The translations under genes were made by a program, and so were the position numbers. From positions 72,755 through 136,754 of the forward strand of contig CAZEWZ010000001.1 of assembly GCA_964516765.1 (NCBI GenBank): a stretch of DNA of 64,000 nucleotides, in the 5' to 3' direction. The stretch is from an uncultured Cryomorphaceae bacterium. Its GTDB lineage: Bacteria; Bacteroidota; Bacteroidia; Flavobacteriales; UBA7430. The notes under the pieces were generated by a model. The model had not been told where the DNA came from, made no database searches, and worked only from the letters and a program-made list of their open reading frames with translations. Below, in pieces: positions 38,344 to 46,538 of the stretch (positions within the stretch are counted from its first letter, which is position 1; each line of letters opens with the position of its first letter).

Positions 38344-39822
38344 TCACAAATTTTTCAAGTATTTATCCGCATTGAGTAGGTGCTGAGATTTTTTTTCGGG
38401 ACTCATTTTTTCGAAAGTATTAATCAGCATAGATAGTCTTGGATTTTTTCTCATCAAATTTCTATGTTTGTCCATAAATCTCCAGAAAAGACCGTCCCAA
38501 ATTTCAGCCCACTCTCCTTTTTTATAATCACTCATTTTAACTATGTAATTAGACCCACTAATATATGGCTTGGAGGCAAAATAGCCTCCATCAGCGAATT
38601 GACTCATGCCATAAACATTGGGAACCATTACCCAATCATAAGCATCTATAAAGAGCTCCATAAACCAACGATATACCTCGTCTGGGTCAAATTCACAAAG
38701 GAGCATGAAATTCCCAATAATCATTAATCTTTCTATGTGATGGCAATAGGCATGCTTTATTACTTTTTTTATCGAATCGTCAAGCGGGACAATACCTGTG
38801 GTTCCATCATAAAAGCTCGAAGGTATTTTTTTCTTGAATTCAAAGCTGTTTTTGGTTCGCGAAGCAATTCCCTTGACTTCATACATTCCACGTATAAATT
38901 CTCTCCAACCAACAATTTGTCTGAGAAATCCTTCTATTGAATTGAGGGGTACCTTATTCTTTCGACCAAAAGATAACGCTTCAGTTATGAGTTCTTTTGG
39001 TTGGATTAATCCCACATTTAATAGTGGAGAAAGAATACTGTGGTTTAGCCAAACTTCATCGCTAACAATTGCATCTTCATAAGGACCAAATTCATTAAAT
39101 CGCTTTAGAAGAAATTCTTCAATCCAATGATGAACTTGATTTCTTTCAAAGGGATAAGAAGGCTTTTCGGGAAGCTTTCCAGGGTTCTTTGGGAAATGAG
39201 TTTGGACATAGTCTATTGCTGATATCCAAATCTCATTACTCTGAAGCTGTGGTGTTGGGGGGGGGGTTTTTGTTTTGGGATACTTTCTTCTATTATCTGC
39301 ATCATAGGTCCATTTTCCTCCTTCGGGTTGGTCATTTTCATCGATAAGTAACCGATGTTTTATTCTTTGGAGTTTGTAGAATGAAGTTTGAAAAAATTTC
39401 TTTTTTTGGATTTTGAAAAAAGATTTTAGATCTTCTCTATCATTAATAAATAAGGGGTTTTCATATTCCTTAACGGGTATCTTGTATTTTTCTATGGCCT
39501 TATTTATCCTTCTTTCTAGCCAGCAATCTGTGGGATTGATATAATGTAAGGTGAAAGGCCTCTCTTTTTGACTTTCACAGAGAAAGACACGAATATCAGA
39601 ACGTTTTTCGGTACTAGAGATATACTCCAAATCAATCTTTCTAGATTGAAGATCTAGAAAATAAGCCTTCATACTCGCTCGATGAAATGCTAGCTTTTGT
39701 TTATGAAAATTAAATTCTTTAAAGAAAAGGAATTCTTCGATTAAGAACAGTTGGTCACATTTTTCATGTATTTCATGATTTAAAAATAATTGATGTGGAA
39801 ATAATATTCCTATATGTTTCAT
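38344..39822 (-). CDS. Cryptochrome/photolyase family protein, 'photolyase-related' (COG3046, PhrB/CryB-like) subclass
   Basis: 492 aa. The N-terminus [13 protein letters not shown] is typical of this subclass. Also present are LSP.LN.G, GWREF.RG, HHIERLM..GNF and FADGG..ASKPY.SGSNY...MSDY. The start ATG overlaps the DUF2256 stop (ATGA). Confidence 0.85.
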   Translation of the reverse strand: MKHIGILFPHQLFLNHEIHEKCDQLFLIEEFLFFKEFNFHKQKLAFHRASMKAYFLDLQSRKIDLEYISSTEKRSDIRVFLCESQKERPFTLHYINPTDCWLERRINKAIEKYKIPVKEYENPLFINDREDLKSFFKIQKKKFFQTSFYKLQRIKHRLLIDENDQPEGGKWTYDADNRRKYPKTKTPPPTPQLQSNEIWISAIDYVQTHFPKNPGKLPEKPSYPFERNQVHHWIEEFLLKRFNEFGPYEDAIVSDEVWLNHSILSPLLNVGLIQPKELITEALSFGRKNKVPLNSIEGFLRQIVGWREFIRGMYEVKGIASRTKNSFEFKKKIPSSFYDGTTGIVPLDDSIKKVIKHAYCHHIERLMIIGNFMLLCEFDPDEVYRWFMELFIDAYDWVMVPNVYGMSQFADGGYFASKPYISGSNYIVKMSDYKKGEWAEIWDGLFWRFMDKHRNLMRKNPRLSMLINTFEKMSPEKKSQHLLNADKYLKNL

Positions 39823-40031
39823 AAGTCATTTATGCTTAGTTTGTTTCTCCGACACCGTTCACTGCAATAACGAACATCTTTCCAATTTTTTTCCCATTTT
39901 TTTCTCCAATTAAAGGGTCTTAAGCAAATTTTACAAATTTTTTGTGGCAAATTTGATTTTGAATATTTCTTGTCTTTAATCAAACTGTAATTGTTTTTTT
40001 CCGTGTTTCCAAAACTTAAAAAAAGACCCAA
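39819..40031 (-). CDS. DUF2256 zinc-ribbon protein
   Basis: The C-terminal part reads [32 protein letters not shown]. The ATG at 40031 would overlap the upstream ORF by 56 nt. An in-frame TTG at 39981-39983 gives a 54-aa product and overlaps it by only 8 nt, so it may be the real start. Confidence 0.7.
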   Translation of the reverse strand: MGLFLSFGNTEKNNYSLIKDKKYSKSNLPQKICKICLRPFNWRKKWEKNWKDVRYCSERCRRNKLSINDL

Positions 40032-41073
40032 TTTCTTCTGGGGCTTCGAAAAGCCATTCTCGTGCTTCTTCTGTGCCGCTGTATTTGTGATTGAACGGAT
40101 GTTCTTTGTAGATAATTTCCGAAGAGTTACAATGTGCTTTTAGTTCAGAAAATTCTCCCACAAATACCTTTATGTTTGGGATATTATTTTTTAGTAACAT
40201 CATAAAGTCGATGCAGTTTTTGTTGATCGGATACTCAGAGAATATACTCGGTTCCAAGAGTAAGATTCGATTTGTATCTTCCTTTTTATGCCAATAGGGG
40301 TCTAGATTATAATAATTGTATATGAGAGTTTTTTTCTCGGGGTCTATTTCTGGGAGTTCTGACTTTGGTAATGGAGATTTTAAAATAAATGCCTGACTTT
40401 CTAAGAGTATTTTGGGGATAGTCAAATTTGGAAATTCTTCGTAAGGTATATCAATAAAAGTGTCCTGTTGTTGGGTGAAAAAGAAGGTGTTTATATTGTC
40501 TTGGTTAGCATAGTATTTTTTGCTAGAATTTGAGCCTGCAACCCATTGCCAGCTCAAAGCGTTCGAACCCCAGTCTCCATCTAAAAGTTGGCTATACATC
40601 CATTTTGCAGGAATGAGCCAATGAGAATGTGCTACATTACAAGCTATCGAGCTGACATACATACGCATATGGTTGTGTAGGTATCCATGATCTTTAAGAG
40701 CTACTATTTCTTGGTCTACTGCAATAATCCCTGTTTTTCCATCTACGATACTCTTTGGGATTAAATAGTTCGCGATCGGAGCTTGCGTTTGTTTAATGAA
40801 ATGGTTAATAGCTTCTTTTTTACTGCACCAAATACGTTGCCAGAAATCTCTCCAAGTGAGTTCTTGCACTAATTTCTCGATTTGACTAAAAGGTAATCCT
40901 GAGCTAGATATTTCTTTAAATACTCCTTGTGTAGAAAGAACACCTCTTGATATATATGGCCCCAGATAGGTGAGCTGTCCATCTTTATAATTTCGGGTTG
41001 AGGCATATTTTCTGGGATCAATTTCTTTAACTTTACGTTCAATTTCATAAAGAGAGGTGGGGAATACAGTCAT
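39976..41073 (-). CDS. Photolyase-like flavoprotein with inverted domain order (FAD-binding domain N-terminal)
   Basis: 365 aa. Residues 1-215 carry photolyase FAD-domain motifs (Y...RN......[47 protein letters not shown]). No preceding alpha/beta domain is present. A roughly 150-aa alpha/beta-like extension follows instead. Confidence 0.75.
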   Translation of the reverse strand: MTVFPTSLYEIERKVKEIDPRKYASTRNYKDGQLTYLGPYISRGVLSTQGVFKEISSSGLPFSQIEKLVQELTWRDFWQRIWCSKKEAINHFIKQTQAPIANYLIPKSIVDGKTGIIAVDQEIVALKDHGYLHNHMRMYVSSIACNVAHSHWLIPAKWMYSQLLDGDWGSNALSWQWVAGSNSSKKYYANQDNINTFFFTQQQDTFIDIPYEEFPNLTIPKILLESQAFILKSPLPKSELPEIDPEKKTLIYNYYNLDPYWHKKEDTNRILLLEPSIFSEYPINKNCIDFMMLLKNNIPNIKVFVGEFSELKAHCNSSEIIYKEHPFNHKYSGTEEAREWLFEAPEEIGSFFKFWKHGKKQLQFD

Positions 41074-41116
41074 AATTTTTTATGATTCAATTGCAAAGCT
41101 AAGGAGAATTAAGCTA

Positions 41117-42613
41117 TTATTTATGTTTTTTATTTCTAGGTTTTTTGGGACGAACATGAACCCCCAAGAGTCTAAGAGACTCTTTCTTTACTTCGGGATC
41201 TTTTTTTAATGCCCATAATTTATCTCTGTTTGGAAGCTTTCTTTTTTCAGGGTTAACTATGGGGGCAGGATAGTTAAGTTTAATTTGTCCTCCCAGTAAA
41301 TCGATTGGAGTAAGCATCCATGGTTGGTGGATAAAAGCCAGGGGCAAATCTCTTAGTTCGGGAACCCAACTGAGAACAAAGATACCATCGGAATCTTTTT
41401 CTAGAGATTGCTTGACCGGGTTGTATATCCTGATTGCATTTATTCCAGTGACACCTGCCTGCATTTGAAATTGTGTATAGTGGATGCCTGGTTCGTAGTC
41501 CAAAAATAATTTTGCCATGTGATAAACTCCTCTTCTCCAGTCTTGGTCGAGATAATGACATAAAAAAGAAACCAGCATAGCCCGCATCCGAAAGTTTAGC
41601 CAACCTTTGTGATGCAAACATCGCATACTCGCATCAACCAATGGAAATCCCGTTTCTCCAGCCTTCCATTTTTCAAGGAATACATTATTATTTTCATAAG
41701 ACATTTTTTCATATCCTTTGTTGATACAATAGGATTCATAAGTACAGTCTACTTCAAACTTTTGGATAAAGTGAGATCTCCATTTTAGTCGGGATAAAAA
41801 AGAATCATAGGCTCGTTTTTGACTCTGATAATTTGGGGCGGAACGAACAGATTGATAAGCCATTCTGACGCTGAGATTTCCCCAAGCAAAATATGGGGAA
41901 AGTCTTCCGCATGATATACTACTTTTTTGAGGGCTAGAAATTTGTCTGGAATAGTTTTTGGCTCTTTTATTAATAAAAGATTTGAGATATCTCATAGCAT
42001 AACTTTCACCAGCAGGTTGAAATTGAGGGGGATATTTAAGTAGGAAAGGGAAGTTTTTGAGATTAAAATCAAAAGGAGATTTTATAGATTTATGGGTGCT
42101 TATACTGAATTTATTTTTGAATATTTCTTGATTTGTATAAAGGTACCATCTCTTGTCCCAACCCACTCTATTATTGATTCCTCGAATAATTCCTTCGGTT
42201 TGGAACTCCTTCCATTTCACACCTTTTTTTTTGAATAATGAAGAAATATTTTTATCCCGATTCCAAGTGATTTTAGTTCCACTTTCTTGATGTGAAAATA
42301 CATTTTTTAGTTTGTATTGTGAGATTAAAAATTCAAAGACTTCTTTTGCCTCTCCGTGAAATATTTGAATATCTCTATTCATCGGCTCCAGAAACTTATT
42401 CATGTCTAGGAGCGAATGATAAACAAACTGAAGATGTCTTTTACTTACATCTTTATGGATGATAAGTGAGGGTTCAAACAGGTAAACAATCAGATAGTCC
42501 TCTTCCTGACTTTCTGCCTGAAATAAGGCTTCATGGTCTGAAGTTCTTAGGTCCCTTTTTAGCCAAACAAGATTCATTTGATTCAATAGAATTTTTTTTA
42601 CAAAAATACGCAA
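41117..42613 (-). CDS. Cryptochrome/deoxyribodipyrimidine photolyase family protein (canonical topology)
   Basis: 498 aa. The N-terminal alpha/beta domain reads LVWLKRDLRTSDHEAL. The FAD domain has LSPYFAWGNLS, GW.NFRMRAM..SF and LDYEPGIHY.QFQMQAG. The real start is probably the internal Met at 42577 (MNLVWLKRDLR). Confidence 0.88.
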   Translation of the reverse strand: MRIFVKKILLNQMNLVWLKRDLRTSDHEALFQAESQEEDYLIVYLFEPSLIIHKDVSKRHLQFVYHSLLDMNKFLEPMNRDIQIFHGEAKEVFEFLISQYKLKNVFSHQESGTKITWNRDKNISSLFKKKGVKWKEFQTEGIIRGINNRVGWDKRWYLYTNQEIFKNKFSISTHKSIKSPFDFNLKNFPFLLKYPPQFQPAGESYAMRYLKSFINKRAKNYSRQISSPQKSSISCGRLSPYFAWGNLSVRMAYQSVRSAPNYQSQKRAYDSFLSRLKWRSHFIQKFEVDCTYESYCINKGYEKMSYENNNVFLEKWKAGETGFPLVDASMRCLHHKGWLNFRMRAMLVSFLCHYLDQDWRRGVYHMAKLFLDYEPGIHYTQFQMQAGVTGINAIRIYNPVKQSLEKDSDGIFVLSWVPELRDLPLAFIHQPWMLTPIDLLGGQIKLNYPAPIVNPEKRKLPNRDKLWALKKDPEVKKESLRLLGVHVRPKKPRNKKHK

Positions 42614-42645
42614 GGCTATGCAAAGTAAGTTAAGTAATGTAAATA

Positions 42646-43026
42646 TTAATTACAACAAAGTTGACATGTTCCCTGAATCAAGACATGTGAGTGGCTTATT
42701 TTTCGATGAGGTATTTTAGGGATATGTATTTCAAAGGGTAGGCAGTCCATTTTCCCACAAATCAAACATTGAAAGTGTGGATGAACATCTATGTGTTCTG
42801 TATCAGAGCAACCAATGCATTTTGCATACCATCTGATTCCATTTTTACTCAGAAAAGAGTGTAAAACCCCATCGTCTTCTAGTTTTTCTAAAACACGGTA
42901 AATGGTAGTCTTGTTTAATTTGTTGCTTAAACGTTTGACCAATTCAATAGCGGATATCCCACCATCTTCTTTAATAAACTCACTCAACAATATTTCGACC
43001 GATTTGGTCATTCTGATAATCCCCAT
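42646..43026 (-). CDS. Fur-family transcriptional repressor
   Basis: 126 aa. Has a winged-helix N-terminus (TTIYRVLEKLEDDGVLH) and C-terminal metal-site CxxC pairs (CIGC, CLIC, CQLCC). Confidence 0.85.
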   Translation of the reverse strand: MGIIRMTKSVEILLSEFIKEDGGISAIELVKRLSNKLNKTTIYRVLEKLEDDGVLHSFLSKNGIRWYAKCIGCSDTEHIDVHPHFQCLICGKMDCLPFEIHIPKIPHRKISHSHVLIQGTCQLCCN

Positions 43027-43037
43027 TTATTTTTTAT

Positions 43038-43090
43038 TACAACTTTGTTGCATCTAATTTAATACATATATTTGCAACTGAGTTGCGTTA
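43038..43090 (+). promoter_or_regulatory. Bipartite promoter/operator module, copy 1 (upstream of the MerC-domain gene, inside the divergent fur-like intergenic region)
   Basis: The sequence is TACAACTTTGTTGCAT-N13-TATATTTG-CAACTGAGTTGCGTTA. It holds two CAAC-N3-GTTG palindromes. The second overlaps a perfect Bacteroidota -7 box TAnnTTTG at 43067-43074. Confidence 0.55.
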
Positions 43091-43104
43091 ATAAATGATA
43101 ACTA

Positions 43105-43509
43105 TTGATGAAATTAACATTACTTAAATCTGATGCCCTAGGTATTTTTGCAAGTACATTGTGTATGATACACTGTTTGGCTACGCCATTTTTGTTTATT
43201 GTGCAATCTTGTAGTTCTAGTTGCTGTGAATCAGCCCCATACTGGTGGAAGGCATTTGATTTTGGATTCTTAGTGTTTTCATTTTTTGCGGTTATTAGAT
43301 CTGTAAAAACCTCTTCCAATAAATTAGTCAAAAACCTATTATGGATTTTGATGATTACACTTTTTTTGATCATATTAAATGAAAAAAATACAATTATTGT
43401 TTTACCAGAATTTATGAAATATATAGTCGCCTCTAGTTTAATTTTTGTGCACTTATACAATTCTAATTATTGTCAATGTAAAAATAAAGGCTTTTGTTTA
43501 AATAATTAA
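43105..43509 (+). CDS. MerC domain-containing membrane protein
   Basis: 134 aa with 4 TM helices. The first helix carries ASTLCMIHCLATP (C..HC). The likely true start is the ATG at 43108. Confidence 0.72.
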   Translation: MMKLTLLKSDALGIFASTLCMIHCLATPFLFIVQSCSSSCCESAPYWWKAFDFGFLVFSFFAVIRSVKTSSNKLVKNLLWILMITLFLIILNEKNTIIVLPEFMKYIVASSLIFVHLYNSNYCQCKNKGFCLNN

Positions 43510-43670
43510 AGTAATTGATTCTAACACCTCTATTAAGTAAAATTCATACCCTCATATTTTTGAAGTTTTCTTCCAAAATATCATTCTACTTATTAATTAT
43601 ACCATCAGCTATTAATCTATATTTTTTCACTTAATAAATTATGAAAAGTATTGTTTTATATATTTTTTAG

Positions 43671-43725
43671 TACAACTTAGTTGCATTAGTGATTTAATGT
43701 ATATATTTGCTACAAAGTTGCGTTA
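43671..43725 (+). promoter_or_regulatory. Bipartite promoter/operator module, copy 2 (upstream of the TonB-dependent receptor)
   Basis: The sequence is TACAACTTAGTTGCAT-N15-TATATTTG-CTACAAAGTTGCGTTA. It has the same architecture and near-identical sequence to 43038-43090. The -7 box lies at 43702-43709. Confidence 0.55.
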
Positions 43726-43795
43726 GTTGATTCTTGATTTATTCTAGGAGACTATTTCAAGAATTCACTATGATGTTTTTTACACTCAATAAATT

Positions 43796-45991
43796 ATGAA
43801 AAAACTCATTTTCATTTTTTTTATACCTCTATTCATTAATGCTCAATCTTTCAGAGTAATTGATAAAGAGTCCAAAGAGGTTATTCCTTATGCATCTGTT
43901 GAAGTTCATGAGATGCAGATTCAATCTATGTGTGACGAAAATGGAGCTTGTGATATCAAGATTATTTCTAGGAACAGTCCAATACTTGTTTCTGCAGAAG
44001 GATATGAATCAAAGAGTTTTATTTACAAACCCAAAGAGTCAAACATTCATTTAATTGAGCTCGAAAAGGCTCATATTATATTGAATGAAGTAATCATTTC
44101 TCCGACCACAGGAATCATTCAACAGCATAACTTATCCAATGTGTTTTTGAAGTCTATTTCTTCGCCTAATCAATTAATAACCTCTAATCTAATGGGAATT
44201 ATTTCAAGTGTTCCTGGAGTGTATTCGATTCAAACAGGAGCGGGAATTAGCAAACCTGTCATTCGGGGAATGTCGGGGTTAAAAGTAGTGACTTTTTTAA
44301 ATGGTCTTCGTATCGAAAATCAGCAATGGGCAAATGATCATGGAATTAATTTTAGTGGTTTGGGAATAAAGGCTGTTGAGGTTGTAAAAGGTCCTTCTTC
44401 ATTGCTATACGGTGCTGATGCATTGGGTGGTGTTTTGTATTTTGTCGACGAAGATTACGTGAGTCCCAACACTGTCCAAAGTTCTTTTGAAACTCAGTTT
44501 GAGAGTAATTCGCTTTCTACCAGAAATATAGCCAATCTAAAAATAGCTTCAGAAAAGTTTAGGTTGAATGTCCATGCGGGATTTCAAAACGCTGCAGATT
44601 ATCAAATTCCTAACGGGACTTTCGTCGTAAATTCTAGGTTTAAGGGTAAAAGTATTAAGACTTCTTTGGGTTACAATAAAGACAGTTGGATGGTTAATCT
44701 TAGATACAATCACAATTCTAATCAAATAGGTCTACCTGGTCATACACATTCAGCCAACCCTAACCCTTATGACTTTCAGTCAAGCGTTCAAAATAGATAT
44801 AGAGTGGTTCCTTTTCAGCTCATTTCAGACCACTATTTGTCTCTAGAAAATAAGATATTTTTTGGTAATTCGGTATTAAAATTACTTACAGGATTTACTT
44901 CAAACAGTCTCACAGAACACGAAGAAAAGGTGACTATTCCGGGCATCAAAATGCTTCTAACAAATTTCCCGTATCATCTTTCATATACCACTCATTTTAA
45001 TGAGGATATAACGTGGATTTCAGGAGCACAGGGGATGTGGACCAAAAATATTAATGATGATTCAGCTCTAAACATCTTGATTCCTAATTCTACTTCTAAT
45101 GATTATGGTGCCTATTCTCTTCTTCAGTATTCTAAAAGTCAATTTGAAACCCAAATAGGATTCAGATATGATTACCGAGAAATCAATTCAAATCAATTTA
45201 TTTCGAAAATTTTTTCTAAACTAAATGGATCTTTTGGTCTTGTGTATCAAAAGAATTCTTTCACCTTAAGATCTAATTTTAGTTCTGGATTTCGTCCTCC
45301 CCACTTGAGCGAAATGCTTGCCGATGGTGTCCATCACGGAACCAACAGATATGAAATTGGTTCCCAAGATTTGGTCAGCGAATTTGCTAATCAATATGAT
45401 GTGTCATTAGATTATAAATCTGAACATGTTAACTTTAATATGAATCCTTTTTATAATAGTTTTAAAAACTATATTTTCGTTGAGCCCACAGCCGATTTCA
45501 TTGATGGCTATCCAGTCTATGTCTATTCTCAGGCACCTTCAGCTAAGACATACGGGGGGGAAGTATATTTTCATTACCATCCTCATTTTGTTCATAGAAT
45601 TCACATAGAAAGTGATTTTTCATATGTAATTGGACAAGACAATAACAATAACCCTTTACCTCTAATTCCTCAAACCAGAATGAATACGAATATAAAATAT
45701 GAATTTGGTGAACAAAAAAATAAGCTTAAAATCCAGACACTAATTTTTCAAAGAACTGAGTATTTAGACAAAGATGATGTGTCTTCTTTCGAATCAAGAT
45801 CTTCCCATTACCAGATTTACAATGTGGAAGCAAACTTTTTGTATCAAGCGAAACAATTGACGCGCATTAAGTTAGGTGTGAGGAATTTGTTTAATACTAG
45901 ATATATCAATCATTTATCAAATTTAAAAGGGATTGGCTTGCCAAGCCCTGGGATTAATTTTTATTTTTCAATCAATTATTTAATTAACTAA
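43796..45991 (+). CDS. TonB-dependent receptor
   Basis: 731 aa. Signal peptide, a CarboxypepD_reg-like N-terminal domain, a plug (GMSGLKV...NG.R...Q...DHG) and a C-terminal barrel ending in an aromatic residue region. Confidence 0.9.
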   Translation: MKKLIFIFFIPLFINAQSFRVIDKESKEVIPYASVEVHEMQIQSMCDENGACDIKIISRNSPILVSAEGYESKSFIYKPKESNIHLIELEKAHIILNEVIISPTTGIIQQHNLSNVFLKSISSPNQLITSNLMGIISSVPGVYSIQTGAGISKPVIRGMSGLKVVTFLNGLRIENQQWANDHGINFSGLGIKAVEVVKGPSSLLYGADALGGVLYFVDEDYVSPNTVQSSFETQFESNSLSTRNIANLKIASEKFRLNVHAGFQNAADYQIPNGTFVVNSRFKGKSIKTSLGYNKDSWMVNLRYNHNSNQIGLPGHTHSANPNPYDFQSSVQNRYRVVPFQLISDHYLSLENKIFFGNSVLKLLTGFTSNSLTEHEEKVTIPGIKMLLTNFPYHLSYTTHFNEDITWISGAQGMWTKNINDDSALNILIPNSTSNDYGAYSLLQYSKSQFETQIGFRYDYREINSNQFISKIFSKLNGSFGLVYQKNSFTLRSNFSSGFRPPHLSEMLADGVHHGTNRYEIGSQDLVSEFANQYDVSLDYKSEHVNFNMNPFYNSFKNYIFVEPTADFIDGYPVYVYSQAPSAKTYGGEVYFHYHPHFVHRIHIESDFSYVIGQDNNNNPLPLIPQTRMNTNIKYEFGEQKNKLKIQTLIFQRTEYLDKDDVSSFESRSSHYQIYNVEANFLYQAKQLTRIKLGVRNLFNTRYINHLSNLKGIGLPSPGINFYFSINYLIN

Positions 45992-46004
45992 ACCTTTCTT
46001 TAAA

Positions 46005-46301
46005 ATGTTAAAAAACTCATTTTCTTTTAAAAAACTTGGATTGTCCATTGGACTTGTCCTTTTGGCTTCATGTAGCAGTGAAGAATGTGCCGACTGCCAT
46101 GTTGTTGTTGACATTGATGGTATGGAATATGAATTAATGGAATTAGGAGAGTACTGTGACGATGCTTTACATTCTGTCGAGGAAGACGGTTACGCTGTTG
46201 CCGATACTATTCTGGTGGATGCTGATGGAGGATTACTTCCAAGCCCAGTTTATCCTGGAGATCCTGTAGAGGTTCATTGTGGAGAAGAGCATGACCATTA
46301 G
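46005..46301 (+). CDS. Small acidic Cys/His-containing lipoprotein
   Basis: 98 aa with the lipobox LLASC. Has a CADCH motif near the N-terminus and HCGEEHDH at the C-terminus. It starts 13 nt after the receptor gene. Confidence 0.5.
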   Translation: MLKNSFSFKKLGLSIGLVLLASCSSEECADCHVVVDIDGMEYELMELGEYCDDALHSVEEDGYAVADTILVDADGGLLPSPVYPGDPVEVHCGEEHDH

Positions 46302-46340
46302 AATTCTTACACTATTTTATCTGTTAGGATAAAAATTGTT

Positions 46341-46370
46341 AAAAATGCCACTCATTTGAGTGGCATTTTC
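46341..46370 (+). terminator. Rho-independent terminator after the receptor/lipoprotein pair
   Basis: The sequence is aaaaATGCCACTCatttGAGTGGCATtttc, a 9-bp perfect stem with a 4-nt loop and a T-rich tail. Confidence 0.8.
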
Positions 46371-46450
46371 TATTTATGAGAATTGTTTGAGGAAGAGTCA
46401 AATTTGGTTTAAATTGCTTTTTTTTAGGCTACCCCAGAATTCCTTTTTGT

Positions 46451-46484
46451 TTGACACAATGTTAAAAAGGAGTGGGGTTATATA
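46451..46484. repeat. Direct repeat, copy A (flanks the lipoprotein gene 46539-47186)
   Basis: TTGACACAATGTTAAAAAGGAGTGGGGTTATATA matches 47273-47309 (TTGACACAATGTTAAAAAAGGTAGGCGGCGGTTTATA). The first 20-21 nt are identical apart from one extra A. Confidence 0.8.
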
Positions 46485-46538
46485 ATATATATGGGCTACT
46501 ATTACTCCCTCCGAAACCGATTATTTTTAGGGGGTGGT

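Noticed and set aside
41280-41621. 113-aa minus-strand ORF in an alternative frame of the photolyase gene
   Set aside because: It is fully nested out of frame within a CPF gene that has strong motifs, and there is no independent evidence for it.
43059-43460. 133-aa minus-strand ORF
   Set aside because: It is antisense to the MerC-domain gene, which has a coherent 4-TM profile and its own -7 promoter box. The antisense product is not membrane-like and has no motifs.
43105-43509. MerC as part of a mercury-resistance (mer) operon
   Set aside because: No merR, merA, merP, merT or merB gene is in the vicinity. The context is a Fur-like regulator and a TonB-dependent receptor, which points to nutrient-metal handling instead.
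46451-46486. TTGACA ... TATAAT as a sigma70-type promoter
   Set aside because: The spacing between TTGACA (46451-46456) and TATAAT (46481-46486) is about 24 nt, far from 17. Bacteroidota primary promoters use -33/-7 elements instead.
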